DNA from: an uncultured Chloroflexia bacterium
GTDB taxonomy: Bacteria; Chloroflexota; Limnocylindria; Limnocylindrales; CSP1-4
DNA: 64,000 bases
NCBI GenBank assembly: GCA_963752475.1
Contig: CAVVYR010000006.1
Coordinates: forward strand, 224,001 to 288,000
Reading direction: 5' to 3'
Shown piece after piece: positions 20,819 to 33,389 of this stretch. The position numbers were made by a program, and so were the translations under genes. The notes beneath the pieces are model-generated. The model was not told the DNA's origin and made no database searches. It worked only from the letters and a program-made list of their open reading frames with translations. The first letter of the stretch is position 1; each line of letters starts with the position of its first letter.

Positions 20819-20862
20819 TGCATTAACATGCGCGTGCTTGTGCAGTATTGCATAGTCATACA
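20819..20862. promoter_or_regulatory. Two ARG boxes upstream of argG
   Basis: TGCAT-TAAC-ATGCG (20819-20832) and TGCAT-AGTC-ATACA (20849-20862) in an AT-rich patch. Confidence 0.75.
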
Positions 20863-21062
20863 GTTGCTGCAGAGGCTCGATGCGATACGTAGCCCACTCC
20901 GGAGGCAGTGCCATGTGGACGGTCATGGACTGGTGTGGCCTGCGGGTACGCGTGGGCCCGGTGCGTCGGTGCACAGTCCCAGATCCGACTAGCGGTATCG
21001 GGCCACTACCCGTACGAGTGGGCTGGCGCTTGACTGGTGCTCAAGCCCGGTACGGAGAGTCC

Positions 21063-23534
21063 ATGTCCATCCTTCACTCCGAGCGCGACAAGCCGAGAGT
21101 GGTCGAGCAGGAGCCACCGCGGTCGGTCCGCTGGCGCCTATGGGCCGCCATGCTCGCGCTGGCCCTCGTGCCCACGATGGCCGGCATCTACCTCACTACC
21201 GCGCAACTGGACGCACCCGATGCGGTGCTCGAGGCCGAGCGTGCACGCGAGACGTCCGAGGCCGGTGCCGATCTCGTGGCGCGCCAGTCGGCCATCGAGG
21301 CCCGACTCCTGGCGGCCGCGTCGGATCCGTCGATCGCCCGGCTCGGCGATGGGGTCAAGGGTGGGTCGGAGAAGCGGGCCGCGTCCGCGCTCGCGAGCTC
21401 GATCCGTGCCGATGACGGCAAGATCATCACCGGGGCCTGCCTGGTGCGTTCCAGCGACGGCAAGCGTGTCCCGCTCACGTCCGGCGAGGCCGGCCTCGAT
21501 GCCTGTGCCGACGACCGGTTGCGCCAGGCGGCCCTCGAGGCTCGCAGCGGCATGGTCGTGCGCTACCGCCCCGGCGGCGACGGCTCATCAGGCCTGATCG
21601 TCGCGACACCTACGCGCTCCGACGGGCGCTTCCGCGGTGTCATCTCGGCCGAGATCGACACGGCGGCCCTCTTCGACCGGGCCCGCTCGCTGGGCGACGG
21701 CGCGATCACTTCGATGCTCGTGGACATGGGAGCGTCAGAGGTCGTCTCGTCGACCGCGAGCACGGGTCCGGCCGATGGCGCCACCGCGGCCGCGCCGGGA
21801 TCCGTGGTGCCCTACCTCGCCGACATCGTGGCCCAGTCAGTGATGGCCGAGCGAGAGCTGAGGGCCATGGGCCTGGCGCCGACGGTCGTCCCGCTGTGGA
21901 GCAACGGCGACGGCTCGCGCATGGGCCTTGTCCAGCTGTGGCCCTACAGCGGCGGCGAGTGGCCGCTCGAGATCCGGCTGGCCCTGATGGCCATGCTGGC
22001 CGGTGCCATCGTCGGGGTCATCTTCGTGGTCCGCTACTTCCTCGATCCCTTCGAGGAGATGGCCGACTCGCGCGCCGAGTTGCAGGCGCTCTACAGCGAG
22101 GCTCGCCACGACGCCCTCGCGGACGGTCTTACCGGGCTGGGCAACCACCGTGCCTTCCAGGAGGAGCTGGGCCACCAGATCTCGACCTTCGAGGACCGCG
22201 GTACGCCCTTCAGCCTCGTGCTCATGGACCTCGACGACCTCAAGATCGTGAACGACCGCGACGGTCATGCCGCCGGCGACGACATGCTGGTCTCGATGGC
22301 CGAGACGATGCGTGAGCTCGCCCGTCGCGATGACCTCCTCTACCGCACCGGTGGCGACGAGTTCGCGATGATCCTGCCTGCCGCGAACATCGACGAGGCC
22401 GCCGCCGTGGCCGAGCGCATCCTGCACTTCTGCAAGCGCCCGCCCAGCGGTGGTCGAGCCAGTCCCTTCTCGTCGGGTGTCTCCGGCGTGCCCTACTTCT
22501 CGCGCCAGCGCGACATCGTCTACCGCCAGGCGGACGCTGCGCTCTACTGGGCCAAGCGTCACGGCCGTGGTTCGGTCGAGGTCTTCGAACCTGAGCGCGA
22601 CCAGCTCCCCGACGAGCTCACCGACGCCACCGCCAACGCCATCGCAGAGGTCGTGACCGGCAAGCTGCTGCGACCGGTGTTCCAGCCCATCGTCAACCTG
22701 CGCAACGGCCGCATCATCGGCTTCGAGGGTCTCATCCGGCCCGCTCCCGAAAGCCCCCTGACCGATACCGGCCGGCTCTTCGCCGCCGCCGCGGCCGCCG
22801 GTCGCACGGTCGAGCTCGACCTCGCCTGTATCGAGGCTGTGGTCGACGGCGCTCGCGCTATCGGCCCCGACCGACTGCTCACGCTCAACCTCTCGCCACG
22901 CACGCTGGAGGTCAAGGACTTCGACCCGGCGTGGCTGCTGTCCGGCCTGGTGCGCAACGGCATCAGCCCCTCGCGCGTGATCATCGAGCTCACCGAACGC
23001 GAAGAGGTCGACGACCTGGGTCGCCTGCAACAGGTGTTCAATCTGCTGCAGCAGTACGGGCTGCGCATCGCGGCCGACGACGTCGGTGCCGGCAACTCCG
23101 GCCTGCGGCTGTTGAGCCAGGTGCAGTTCGACATCGTCAAGATCGACCTGGCGCTGGTGCAGAGCGGCGTGCGCCGCATGGGTGCGCGGGCCGTGCTGCA
23201 GTCACTGCGGGACCTGGCGCTGAGCCAGAACGTGCGCATGATCGCCGAGGGTGTCGAGACTGCGAAGCAGCTGTCGGTCATCCGTGAGCTCGACATCGGC
23301 GCGGCCCAGGGCTTCCTGCTCGGACGCCCGGACGCCTCGGTGGACAAGACGTTCGTGGACGTGCGCCAGCTCGAAAGTGGCGTGGTCGTGCCGCGAGAGG
23401 CGCACCCGGTCATCGCTCCACCGCCCGCCGGCGCGGTCGATGCCGAGGAGATGGAGGCCATCGAGGACGAGCGGCGCTCGGTCTTCCTGCCTCCGGCGAA
23501 GCAGGTCTTCGAAACGAAGCTCGGTCCGGCCTAG
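21063..23534 (+). CDS. Membrane GGDEF-EAL protein
   Basis: Two TM segments flanking a sensor region; RRDD I-site, GGDEF; FEGLIR, DDVGAG, VKID, IAEGVE. Confidence 0.92.
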   Translation: MSILHSERDKPRVVEQEPPRSVRWRLWAAMLALALVPTMAGIYLTTAQLDAPDAVLEAERARETSEAGADLVARQSAIEARLLAAASDPSIARLGDGVKGGSEKRAASALASSIRADDGKIITGACLVRSSDGKRVPLTSGEAGLDACADDRLRQAALEARSGMVVRYRPGGDGSSGLIVATPTRSDGRFRGVISAEIDTAALFDRARSLGDGAITSMLVDMGASEVVSSTASTGPADGATAAAPGSVVPYLADIVAQSVMAERELRAMGLAPTVVPLWSNGDGSRMGLVQLWPYSGGEWPLEIRLALMAMLAGAIVGVIFVVRYFLDPFEEMADSRAELQALYSEARHDALADGLTGLGNHRAFQEELGHQISTFEDRGTPFSLVLMDLDDLKIVNDRDGHAAGDDMLVSMAETMRELARRDDLLYRTGGDEFAMILPAANIDEAAAVAERILHFCKRPPSGGRASPFSSGVSGVPYFSRQRDIVYRQADAALYWAKRHGRGSVEVFEPERDQLPDELTDATANAIAEVVTGKLLRPVFQPIVNLRNGRIIGFEGLIRPAPESPLTDTGRLFAAAAAAGRTVELDLACIEAVVDGARAIGPDRLLTLNLSPRTLEVKDFDPAWLLSGLVRNGISPSRVIIELTEREEVDDLGRLQQVFNLLQQYGLRIAADDVGAGNSGLRLLSQVQFDIVKIDLALVQSGVRRMGARAVLQSLRDLALSQNVRMIAEGVETAKQLSVIRELDIGAAQGFLLGRPDASVDKTFVDVRQLESGVVVPREAHPVIAPPPAGAVDAEEMEAIEDERRSVFLPPAKQVFETKLGPA

Positions 23535-24295
23535 AGGCGGAAGGCGGTGCCGGCGCCTTCGTGCAGTGCGCGATGCAGCGCGCCCAGGGTGCGCCCGTCG
23601 GCGATGACCGATCTTTCCGCGAGCGAGCTTGCACGCAGCGCGCGCAGGGCGGAGCCGACCTTGGGCACCATGCCGCCGGCGATGACGCCCTCGTCGATGA
23701 GGCGCGAGGCCTCGGCCGGCGTGAGCTCCGGGATGCGCTCGCCGTCGGCACCACGGACGCCGTCGGTGTCGGTCAGGAGCACGAGCTCCCCGCCGAGCGA
23801 GGCGCTGACCGCGGCCGCCGCATCGTCGGCGTTGACGTTGCAGATGCGGCCGTCCGGATCGAGGCCCATGGGCGTGACCACCGGCAGGTAGCCAGCGTCA
23901 AGGAGTGCGCGTAGGACCGAGGCATCCGCGACCGGCTCGCTGATGACGCGATCCAGCCCTTCGGCGCGAGGGCCGCGGATCATGCCGGCGTCGATGCCAC
24001 GCGCGCCCACGGCCTTGCCACCGAGCGCCAACAGCGCCTCGGTCAACTCGGCGTTGATGACGCCGCTGATGACTGCGAGGAAGACCTCCAGCGTGGCCTC
24101 GTCGGTGACGCGACGCCCCTGGTTCCACTGGCTTTCGACGCCCAGGCGCTCGAGCCACTCGGTCAGCCGCTTGCCGCCGCCGTGGACGACGACGACCGGA
24201 CGGGCGATGCGCTCTTCCACGACCTCGCGCAGCACGTCCTGTTGCTCGACGATGGTCGTGCCCCCGAGCTTGACCGTGACCGGCGTGACGCTCAC
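23531..24295 (-). CDS. argB: Acetylglutamate kinase
   Basis: VKLGG, VHGGG, NVNAD, GGMVPK. Confidence 0.93.
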   Translation of the reverse strand: MSVTPVTVKLGGTTIVEQQDVLREVVEERIARPVVVVHGGGKRLTEWLERLGVESQWNQGRRVTDEATLEVFLAVISGVINAELTEALLALGGKAVGARGIDAGMIRGPRAEGLDRVISEPVADASVLRALLDAGYLPVVTPMGLDPDGRICNVNADDAAAAVSASLGGELVLLTDTDGVRGADGERIPELTPAEASRLIDEGVIAGGMVPKVGSALRALRASSLAERSVIADGRTLGALHRALHEGAGTAFRL

Positions 24296-25644
24296 GTGGA
24301 GTACTCCGAGTTCTCGATGACGTACTCCTGCGTCAGGTCGCAGCCGAAGGCCTCGCCGAAGCCGGTGCCCACCCCAAGGTCGACGCGGATGGTGACCTCG
24401 CCGCTCTTCATCCGCTCCGACAGCGCAGTCTCGTCGTACTCGAGCGGGACGCCGGCGAAGACCGGCGTGCCCTCGATATCGATCTGCAGCGAGTCAGGAT
24501 CGAGTTCCACGGGCTGACCGGCGCGTGCCGCCGCAGCCTCGGTCGTGAGTCCGGCGGCCTCGAGCGTCGTGGCCGGGGCGACGATCGCGTTGCCCACGGC
24601 CATGGCGATGCGGCCCCAGTTGGGGTCGGCCCCGTGCACCGCCGCCTTGAGCAGGTCGCTCGAAACGACCGCTCGAGCCGCAGCACGCGCGGCGGCATCG
24701 TCGGCGCCACCGCTGACGGCGCAGGTGATGAGCGTGGCCGCACCCTCGCCGTCGGCTGCCTGCTGGCGTGCCAGCGAGCGGGCCACGGCCTCGACGGCCT
24801 GCTCGAGGGTGGCCAGGGCCTCGGGGTCCTCATCGACCGGCGAGGCACCGGCCGCGCCGGAGGCTACGAGCAGCACCGTGTCATTGGTGGACTGGTCGCC
24901 ATCGACGCTGGTCTGGTTCCAGGTACGCGCCACGATCGGCCGCAGCATGCGGCTGAGCGTCTCGGGCCGCGCGTCGGCATCGGTGAGCACGAAGCTGAGC
25001 ATCGTGGCCATGTCGGGATGGATCATGCCCACGCCCTTGGCCACGCCGCTGACCGTCACCGGCACCTTGCCCCCCTCGGCGGTCGACAGCTCGACGGTGA
25101 CGCTGGCGGCCTTGGCCACCGAGTCGGTCGTGCGCATGGCCTCGGCCACGTCAGCGAAGGCTTCGTCGTCGGTGCGGAAGGAGCCGCTGATCGAGGTCAG
25201 CGCGTTGGCCACGCGCTCGACGGGCAGGCGAGTGCCGATGAGCCCGGTGGACATGGCGATGACGCGCTCAGGCTGAGTGCCGACGTGCGTCGCGAGGGTA
25301 GCCGCGAGGCTGCGCTGGTCGGCCAGACCAGCCTCTCCGGTGGCGGCGTTGGCACAGCCGGAGGTGCACATCATGGCGTCGACCCAGCCATAGCGGCCCT
25401 CGCCCTCTGGTGCGGTGGCCTCGAGATGGGCCTTGTTCATCCGTACCGGTGCTGCCGGCAGCCGGTTCGTGGTGAACGTGGCAGCGATGGCAGCCGGCCC
25501 GTGCTGCACCAACACCACCGCGAGGTCCGGCGCGACCGAGTCCTTGATGCCGGCGGTCGTGCCGAGGGCTTCGAAGCCGCGTGGCAGCCGAGCGACCTGC
25601 TCGGTCTCGGGCAGATGGGAGGGGAGCGGATCGAGTGGCCTCAC
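24292..25644 (-). CDS. argJ: Ornithine acetyltransferase
   Basis: [35 protein letters not shown]; GTG overlaps argC stop. Confidence 0.94.
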   Translation of the reverse strand: MRPLDPLPSHLPETEQVARLPRGFEALGTTAGIKDSVAPDLAVVLVQHGPAAIAATFTTNRLPAAPVRMNKAHLEATAPEGEGRYGWVDAMMCTSGCANAATGEAGLADQRSLAATLATHVGTQPERVIAMSTGLIGTRLPVERVANALTSISGSFRTDDEAFADVAEAMRTTDSVAKAASVTVELSTAEGGKVPVTVSGVAKGVGMIHPDMATMLSFVLTDADARPETLSRMLRPIVARTWNQTSVDGDQSTNDTVLLVASGAAGASPVDEDPEALATLEQAVEAVARSLARQQAADGEGAATLITCAVSGGADDAAARAAARAVVSSDLLKAAVHGADPNWGRIAMAVGNAIVAPATTLEAAGLTTEAAAARAGQPVELDPDSLQIDIEGTPVFAGVPLEYDETALSERMKSGEVTIRVDLGVGTGFGEAFGCDLTQEYVIENSEYST

Positions 25645-26738
25645 GGGACGATGGGCAACTGCTCGAGCCCGACCCACTCGGGCAGGCCGAAGACGATGTT
25701 GAAGGCCTGCACGGCCTGACCAGCGGCACCCTTCACCAGGTTGTCCTCGACCGAGATGGTGGTGATGCGTCCGGTGCGCTCGTCGTAGCGCGCGAAGACC
25801 CGCACGAAGTTCGAGCCGCGAACGTGGCCGGTGGCCGGCGGAGCATCCACGACCTCCACGAAGTACTCGTCCTCGTAGGCCTCGCGGTAGATCTCGCCGA
25901 TCTCGTCGTTCGTGACCGCGCGTGTCGGCCGCACGTGGCCGGCGGCGAGGATGCCCCGGTTCATGGGCACGAGGTGCGGCTGGAAGCCGACGGTCTCCCA
26001 GCCTGGGTTCGCCCCAGGCGAGGCGCCGGCATCGCGGATCTCCTGCACCAGCTCGGCGGTGTGGCGGTGGCCGGCCACGCCGTAGGCACTGACCGAGTCG
26101 TTGACCTCCGAGTACATCAGGCCGGCCTTGACCGAGCGGCCGGCACCCGAGACGCCGCTCTTGGCGTCGACGACGACATCGCCGATGAGCCCGGCTCGCG
26201 CCAGCGGGTACAGACCCATCATCGAGGTCGTGGGGTAGCAGCCGGGCGAGGCCACGAGGCGGACGTCAGCACCCTCGAGGGCCTGCAGCTCCGCGCGGTG
26301 CTGCTCGGGCAGGCCATAGACCGAAGTGGCCAGCAACTCCGGGAAGGGGTGCGTGTAGTCGTACCAGCGCTCGTACTCGGCGGGGTCCTTGAGGCGGTAG
26401 TCCGAGCCGAGGTCGATGACCGCGATGCCACGCTCGATGAAGTCAGGAACCAAGGCCGCGGAGGCGCCATGCGGCAGGGCCATGAAGACCGCGTCCATCT
26501 CCGGCAGCGAGGTCTCGATGAAGTGCCCGGTGCGCCCCAGCTGCGGCTGGCTCTCGGCCAGGGGCTGGTGGTCGCGGTCGCGGCCCTGCAAGCCGGCGAT
26601 ACGGACGTGGGGATGGCGCTCGAGCAGACGCACGAGCTCGCCGCCGGCGATGCCGGCAGCGCCGATGATGCCGACGCGGATGGTGGCACTGCCACCGACC
26701 GCAGGGCTGGCGGTACTAGGGTTGCTGGTCTCGGTCAT
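25641..26738 (-). CDS. argC: N-acetyl-gamma-glutamyl-phosphate reductase
   Basis: [32 protein letters not shown]. Confidence 0.96.
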   Translation of the reverse strand: MTETSNPSTASPAVGGSATIRVGIIGAAGIAGGELVRLLERHPHVRIAGLQGRDRDHQPLAESQPQLGRTGHFIETSLPEMDAVFMALPHGASAALVPDFIERGIAVIDLGSDYRLKDPAEYERWYDYTHPFPELLATSVYGLPEQHRAELQALEGADVRLVASPGCYPTTSMMGLYPLARAGLIGDVVVDAKSGVSGAGRSVKAGLMYSEVNDSVSAYGVAGHRHTAELVQEIRDAGASPGANPGWETVGFQPHLVPMNRGILAAGHVRPTRAVTNDEIGEIYREAYEDEYFVEVVDAPPATGHVRGSNFVRVFARYDERTGRITTISVEDNLVKGAAGQAVQAFNIVFGLPEWVGLEQLPIVP

Positions 26739-26801
26739 GGTCGTCTGACGATACAGGAGCCGTGCCGGGCCCCGCGGCTATGGCATAGTCGGGCGCAGCC
26801 C

Positions 26802-27530
26802 ATGAGTACCCACGACGACGGCTCGCACAGCGAGCTCCCCGACCTTTCGATCCCCAGCGCCGGATCCGTGCTCACCGCCATCGAGGTGCGCGCGACGGAC
26901 GATGCCGACCTGACCGAGCTGCTCGTGCGCCTGCGCGAGGCCGGCGCCGACGTCGTCACCATCAACTCCTTCCCGGCCACCAAGAAGGGCGAGGACGACG
27001 TCATCACGCGCGTCTTCGACATCGAGCTGCGCGACGTCGGGCCGGTCGAAGCGCTGGAGGTGGCCGAGACCGTTCCCGGGGTCACCAGCGCCGGAGCCCG
27101 ACCGACCCTCGGCCAGGTCTTCGGCAAGCGAGTCATCGTCGTCGGCGGCGGGGCCCAGGTGGCCCAGGTCGCGCTCGGCGCCGTCTCGGAGAGCGATCGC
27201 CACAACCTGCGCGGCGAGCGCATCTCGGTCGACACCATGGCCCTCGTGGGCGAGGACGAGATCGCCGCTGCCGTACGCGCCGTGGCCGACCTGCCCCGTG
27301 CCCACATCCTGGTGCTGGCGGGTTCGCTCATGGGTGGTGAGATCACCAAGGCCGTGCGCGAGCTGCGCCACCGCGGCATCCCGGTGGTGGCGTTGTCGAT
27401 GGCCGGCTCCGTCTCGGCCGAGGCCGACCTCGTGGTCAGCGACCCGGTGCAGGCCGGCACGATGGCAGTGATGGCCATCGCCGATACCGCCCGCTTCGAT
27501 CTCGACAAGCTGCGAGGCCGCCGCTACTAG
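26802..27530 (+). CDS. DUF5612-type ACT-domain protein
   Basis: [40 protein letters not shown]; family recognised from memory. Confidence 0.8.
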   Translation: MSTHDDGSHSELPDLSIPSAGSVLTAIEVRATDDADLTELLVRLREAGADVVTINSFPATKKGEDDVITRVFDIELRDVGPVEALEVAETVPGVTSAGARPTLGQVFGKRVIVVGGGAQVAQVALGAVSESDRHNLRGERISVDTMALVGEDEIAAAVRAVADLPRAHILVLAGSLMGGEITKAVRELRHRGIPVVALSMAGSVSAEADLVVSDPVQAGTMAVMAIADTARFDLDKLRGRRY

Positions 27531-27596
27531 CCCGGCCCGCTCCGCCCCGTCGCGGGGCGCCGCACCGCGCCCGCCGGTGCCCGTATCCTTGCGCCC

Positions 27597-28884
27597 ATGA
27601 CCGACGACACCCGCACCATCCAGGAACGCTCGACCGCCACGCTCTCACCCATCCTCGGCCGCTACTACCAGCAGACCTGGGTGAAGGGCGAAGGCCACCG
27701 TCTCATCGACAGCGACGGGCGCGCCTATCTCGACTTCGCCAACGGCATCGCAGTGACCTCGCTGGGACACGCTCATCCCAGGGTCAATGCCGCCATCCAC
27801 GCGCAGGTCGACGAGCTTATCCATGTGTGCAACGGCCTGGGCCACCTCGATCCGGTCACGAGGCTTGCCGAGATGATCGTCGAAGAGCTGCCCGAGCCGC
27901 TCGACACGGTCTACTTCGGCAACAGCGGCACGGAGGTCGTGGATGGCGCCATGAAGATGGCGCGTCGGGCAACCGGTCGGACCCACATCATCGGTTTCGA
28001 AGGCGGCTTCCACGGGCGCACCTACGGCGCCACCAGCCTGACCAGCTCGAGCCTCAACTACCGCAGCGGCTACGATCCGCTCGTACCGGACGTCCACATC
28101 GCGCCCTTCCCCAATGCCTATCGGGATTTCGACGGTGACGAGGAGCGCGCCAGCGAGGTCTGCCTCGACCACCTCGAACGGCTCTTCCGTACGCAGATCC
28201 AGGCGGCGCGCACGGCCGCCTTCATCATCGAGCCGGTCCAGGGTGAGGGCGGCTACGTGCCCGCTCCGATCCCATTCCTGAAGGGACTCCGCGAGCTGGC
28301 CACCCGCCATGGCGTGTTGCTGATCATGGACGAGGTCCAGGCGGGCTACGGGCGCACCGGCAAGATGTGGGCCTTCGAGCACGCCGACATCGTGCCCGAC
28401 GTGGTGCTCGTGGCCAAGGCCATCGCCAACGGCATGCCTCTTGCCGCGCTGGTCTCGCCGCGAGAGCTGCAGGAGCGCTGGGGCCTGGGCGCTCACGGCT
28501 CGACCTACGGCGGCAACCCGGTCTCCTGTGCAGCCGGCATCGCCGTGCTCGAGGTCATTCGTGACGAGGGCCTCGTGGCCAACGCCGCCGCGCGTGGCGC
28601 TGAGCTGACCGCCGGCCTCAAGTCCCTCCAGGCCGAGGACGCCCGCATCGGCGACGTTCGCGGTCCGGGCCTGATGATCGGCGTCGAGATCGATCAAGGA
28701 TCCCGCGGCACCCGACGTCGCTCTCGGCAGCGCCCTGAGCAGCGCCTGTGCCGAGCGTGGCCTGCTGGTGCTCACCTGCGGTGCCGGCAACGTCGTGCGC
28801 TGGATCGCGCCACTCGACGTCGAGCGCTCCGAGATCGAGGAGGCTCTGGGCATCTTCCAGGAGGCGCTGCTCGCTACCAGCTAG
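27597..28884 (+). CDS. Class III aminotransferase (GabT/ArgD-like) with apparent frameshift near 28692
   Basis: FHGRT, EPVQGEGG, DEVQ, AKAIANG, STYGGNP; canonical C-terminus ERGLLVLTCG..NVVRWIAPL lies in the +1 frame ending TAG 28884. Confidence 0.85.
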
Positions 28885-28962
28885 ACCTTCCATCGAGCGC
28901 CGGCTCCGAGGGTGCCTTCCAGCGAGGATCGATGGCACAACGCTGGCTGACTCGATTGCGGA

Positions 28963-30000
28963 TCAGGTATTCGCCGACTTGGCCTCGTCCACGTGATGGG
29001 GTCGCCCGGTCTCGGCCAGGACGACCGCGAAGATGACCAACGCGCCACCGACGATCTGCAGCGGAGCCAGGCTCTCACCGAAGAGGATGACCGCCAGGGC
29101 CACGGTATAGACCGGCTCGACCGTGCTGATGAGCGAGGCTCTGGCTCCACCGACCCGCTTGACGCCCGCGTAGAACGTCTGGATGGCGATGGCCGTGGCC
29201 ACGAGGCCCAGGCCCAGCACGGCGGGCCAGACGCTGGCGGGCACCGCTGCCGGCGAGAGCGAGCCTCCGCTCGCGAGCAGGAGTACGGCGTAGACGGCCG
29301 CGGTCGCCGTGGTCATCAGAGCGGCCGCCGGGGAGGGGTCGGGAGCGTCATGCTCGGTGGACAGCTCAGCGTCGCCCGGCGGGATCTCCAGTCCGTCCAC
29401 GAAGCGTTCGCCGCCGGCCGGTCGCTCGCCCGCGAGTCGGGCCTGGAGGATGATCCAGGAGGCGTAGATGACGGGGTTGGCGAAGGCCAGCGCGAGGCCC
29501 CACAGCGGCGGTAGCTCGCCCTCCGGGATCCCGCCCACGGTCAGCGCGATCCCGGCGATCGATATGCCCAGCGCGATCCACGCACGACGCCCCTCGAGCC
29601 GCCGCAGGAGACGCGTGGCCATGACCGCGACCATCGCGGGGTAGAGGTACGCGATGATCGAGGCCAGCGAGATCGAGACCACCTGCAGTGAGGCGATGAA
29701 GGCGTAGCTGTTGCCGACGTAGAGCGTGCCCAGCAGGAGCAGCACCAGCACGCGACGCCGCGAGAGCGAGAAGAGCGAGCGCCGCCGCGGCGCGGAGAGC
29801 AGCAGGAAGCCCCAGCCGAAGAGCGCCGCCGTGGTGAAGCGCCAGAAGAGCACGGCCAGCGGCTCCATGCCCTCGTCGTAGAGCGGCTGCACGAACAGCG
29901 CGCCGGACCCGAAGGCGGCCGCCGAGACGAGCACCAGGATGACGCCTACGGCCTGTCCGCCGAGGGGCATGCGCTGGCTCGGATCGGGCTGGTCGGTCAC
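28963..30000 (-). CDS. DMT/EamA family transporter
   Basis: About 10 hydrophobic segments, ASLISTVEPV..ILFGESL; start 30000 (GTG) or 29970 (ATG). Confidence 0.88.
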   Translation of the reverse strand: MTDQPDPSQRMPLGGQAVGVILVLVSAAAFGSGALFVQPLYDEGMEPLAVLFWRFTTAALFGWGFLLLSAPRRRSLFSLSRRRVLVLLLLGTLYVGNSYAFIASLQVVSISLASIIAYLYPAMVAVMATRLLRRLEGRRAWIALGISIAGIALTVGGIPEGELPPLWGLALAFANPVIYASWIILQARLAGERPAGGERFVDGLEIPPGDAELSTEHDAPDPSPAAALMTTATAAVYAVLLLASGGSLSPAAVPASVWPAVLGLGLVATAIAIQTFYAGVKRVGGARASLISTVEPVYTVALAVILFGESLAPLQIVGGALVIFAVVLAETGRPHHVDEAKSANT

Positions 30001-30099
30001 TTCGTCGATGCTAGCGGGCCGTCGTCGCGGAGGTCCCGTCGTCGTCGTTGCACGACCGTCAAAGGACAGTCGCTCGCTGCGCGTTACACTCAGGAGAAC

Positions 30100-31964
30100 G
30101 TGACCACAGAGACAGACCAGCCACCCTCCCAGCCGATCCAGGAGCTCGAGCGTGTCACCATCCGTTTCGCGGGTGATTCGGGTGACGGCATGCAGCTCAC
30201 CGGTACGCAGTTCACCCGCACCGCCGCGGTCTACGGCAACGACATCGCGACGCTGCCGGACTTCCCGGCCGAGATCCGCGCCCCTGCCGGCTCCTTGCCC
30301 GGCGTGTCCGGCTTCCAGATCAGTTTCTCGTCCGCTGACATCCACACCCCCGGTGATCAGCCGGACGTGCTCGTGGCCATGAACCCGGCCGCGCTCAAGG
30401 CCAACGTCGGTGACGTCCCCGCGGGCGGTGCCATCGTGGTCAACGAGGATGCCTTCACGGCCCAGAACCTGAAGAAGGCCGCCTACGAGGAGAGCCCGCT
30501 CAAGGACGGTTCGCTCAACGACTACACGGTCTTCGAGATCCCCATCAGCAAGCTCAATGCGCTTGCGCTCGAGGGGTTGGACATGTCCGCCAAGCAGGTG
30601 GACCTGACCAAGAACTTCTTCGCGCTGGGCATCATGTTCTGGCTCTACGAGCGCTCCATGGAGCCCACGATCAACTGGATCGAGAAGAAGTTCGCCGGTC
30701 GGCCGATCATCGCCGAGGCCAACCTGCGGGCGCTCAAGGCCGGCTACGCCTTCGGTGAGACGACCGAGATCTTCCATACCCGTAACCGGGTCAAGCCGGC
30801 CAAGCTGCCGCCGGGCACGTATCGCAACATCACCGGCAACGAGGCTGCCGCGCTCGGGTTCGTGGCTGCCACCAAGCTGGCCAAGCGTGAGCTCTTCTAC
30901 GGCTCGTACCCCATCACCCCGGCCAGCGAGATCCTGCACCAGCTCTCGACCTACAAGCACTTCGGCGTGCGCACGTTCCAGGCCGAGGATGAGATCGCGG
31001 CCATCGGCTCGGCCATCGGGGCCGCCTTCGGTGGCGCGCTCGCGCTGACCGCCTCGTCGGGCCCGGGTATCGCACTCAAGGGTGAGGCCATGGGCCTCGC
31101 GGTCATGGTCGAACTGCCGCTGGTGGTGATCAATGTCCAGCGTGGCGGACCCTCGACCGGCCTGCCCACCAAGAACGAGCAATCGGACCTGCTGCAGGCG
31201 ATGTTCGGCCGCAACGGCGACGCGCCCATGCCCGTGGTAGCACCGGCCACGCCGGCCGAGTGCTTCGACATGGCCATCGAGGCCTCACGGCTGGCGCTCA
31301 AGTACATGACGCCGGTGGCCTACCTTTCGGACGCCTTGCTGGCCACCGGTTCGGAGCCGTGGCGCATCCCTGAGCCCTCTGACCTGCCCGACATCTCGGT
31401 GTCCAACCACACCGACCCCGACACCTTCCAGCCGTACGACCGCGACCCTGACACGCTGGCCCGTCCGTGGGCCGTGCCCGGTTCACCCGGCATGGAGCAC
31501 CGCATCGGCGGCCTCGAGAGCGCCGATGTCCTCGGTACCGTCAGCTACGACCCTGACAACCACCAGCGCATGACCGACCTGCGCGCACGCAAGGTCGCCG
31601 GCATCGCGGACGACATCCCGGACCTCGAGGTCTACGGTCCCGAGTCGGGTGACTTGCTGGTTCTGGGCTGGGGCTCGACGTACGGCTCCCTGCGCACCGC
31701 CGTCGAGCGGCTACAGCGAGCGGGTCATGCCGTAGCCCACGCCCAGTTGCGTCACCTCAACCCGTTCCCGCGCAACACCGGCGACGTGCTCGGCAGCTAC
31801 AAGCGCGTGCTCATCCCGGAGATCAACACCGGACAGCTGCGGCTGCTCATCCGCGGCCGCTATCTCGTCGACGCCGTGGGCCTCAACCGCGTGCGCGGCA
31901 AGCCCTTCCCGGTACCTGAGGTGATGCGGGCGGCCAAGCTGCTGCTCGACGAGGAGGAGGCCTG

Positions 31965-31965
<1 letters not shown>
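30100..31965 (+). CDS. korA: 2-oxoacid:ferredoxin oxidoreductase alpha subunit
   Basis: GDSGDGMQ, YPITPAS, QAEDE, QRGGPSTGLPT. Confidence 0.94.
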
Positions 31966-32999
<1,034 letters not shown>

Positions 33000-33007
33000 C
33001 CACAGGC

Positions 33008-33385
33008 GTGGTCGTCCTCGCCGACGACCTGATGTGGGGCACCCGCATCACCGAGGCCGTCCGGCGCGCCGGCGGAAGACCCGTCCAGCTGAGCTCCGAC
33101 GAGGAGCTGTCGGTGGCGCTGGAGGCCACCGCGCTGGAGGACCAGAGGACCATCCATGGCGCCATCGTCGATCTCGCTGCCCGGCGCTTCGATGGGGTCG
33201 CGGCCATCGAGCGGCTGAGGGCCGCGCGGCTGCCGGTCATCGCCGTGGCCGAGCACGACGATCAGCTCACGCGCAAGCGCGCCCTCCAGGCCGGCGCCAT
33301 GCGCGTCTTCTCCTATCGCAAGTTCTTCGAGGACGGCACCCGGCTGGTGGAGGGCTGGCTCGGGCCCGAACGATCACGGGGGTGA
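33008..33385 (+). CDS. Small receiver-like protein
   Basis: VLADD...AIVDL...ALQAGA pattern typical of a CheY-like fold. Confidence 0.65.
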   Translation: MVVLADDLMWGTRITEAVRRAGGRPVQLSSDEELSVALEATALEDQRTIHGAIVDLAARRFDGVAAIERLRAARLPVIAVAEHDDQLTRKRALQAGAMRVFSYRKFFEDGTRLVEGWLGPERSRG

Positions 33386-33389
33386 CGAC

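Noticed and set aside
25581-26801. 649-aa ORF 25581-27530 as one protein
   Set aside because: The 5' part is antisense shadow of argC; only 26802-27530 looks like a real protein.
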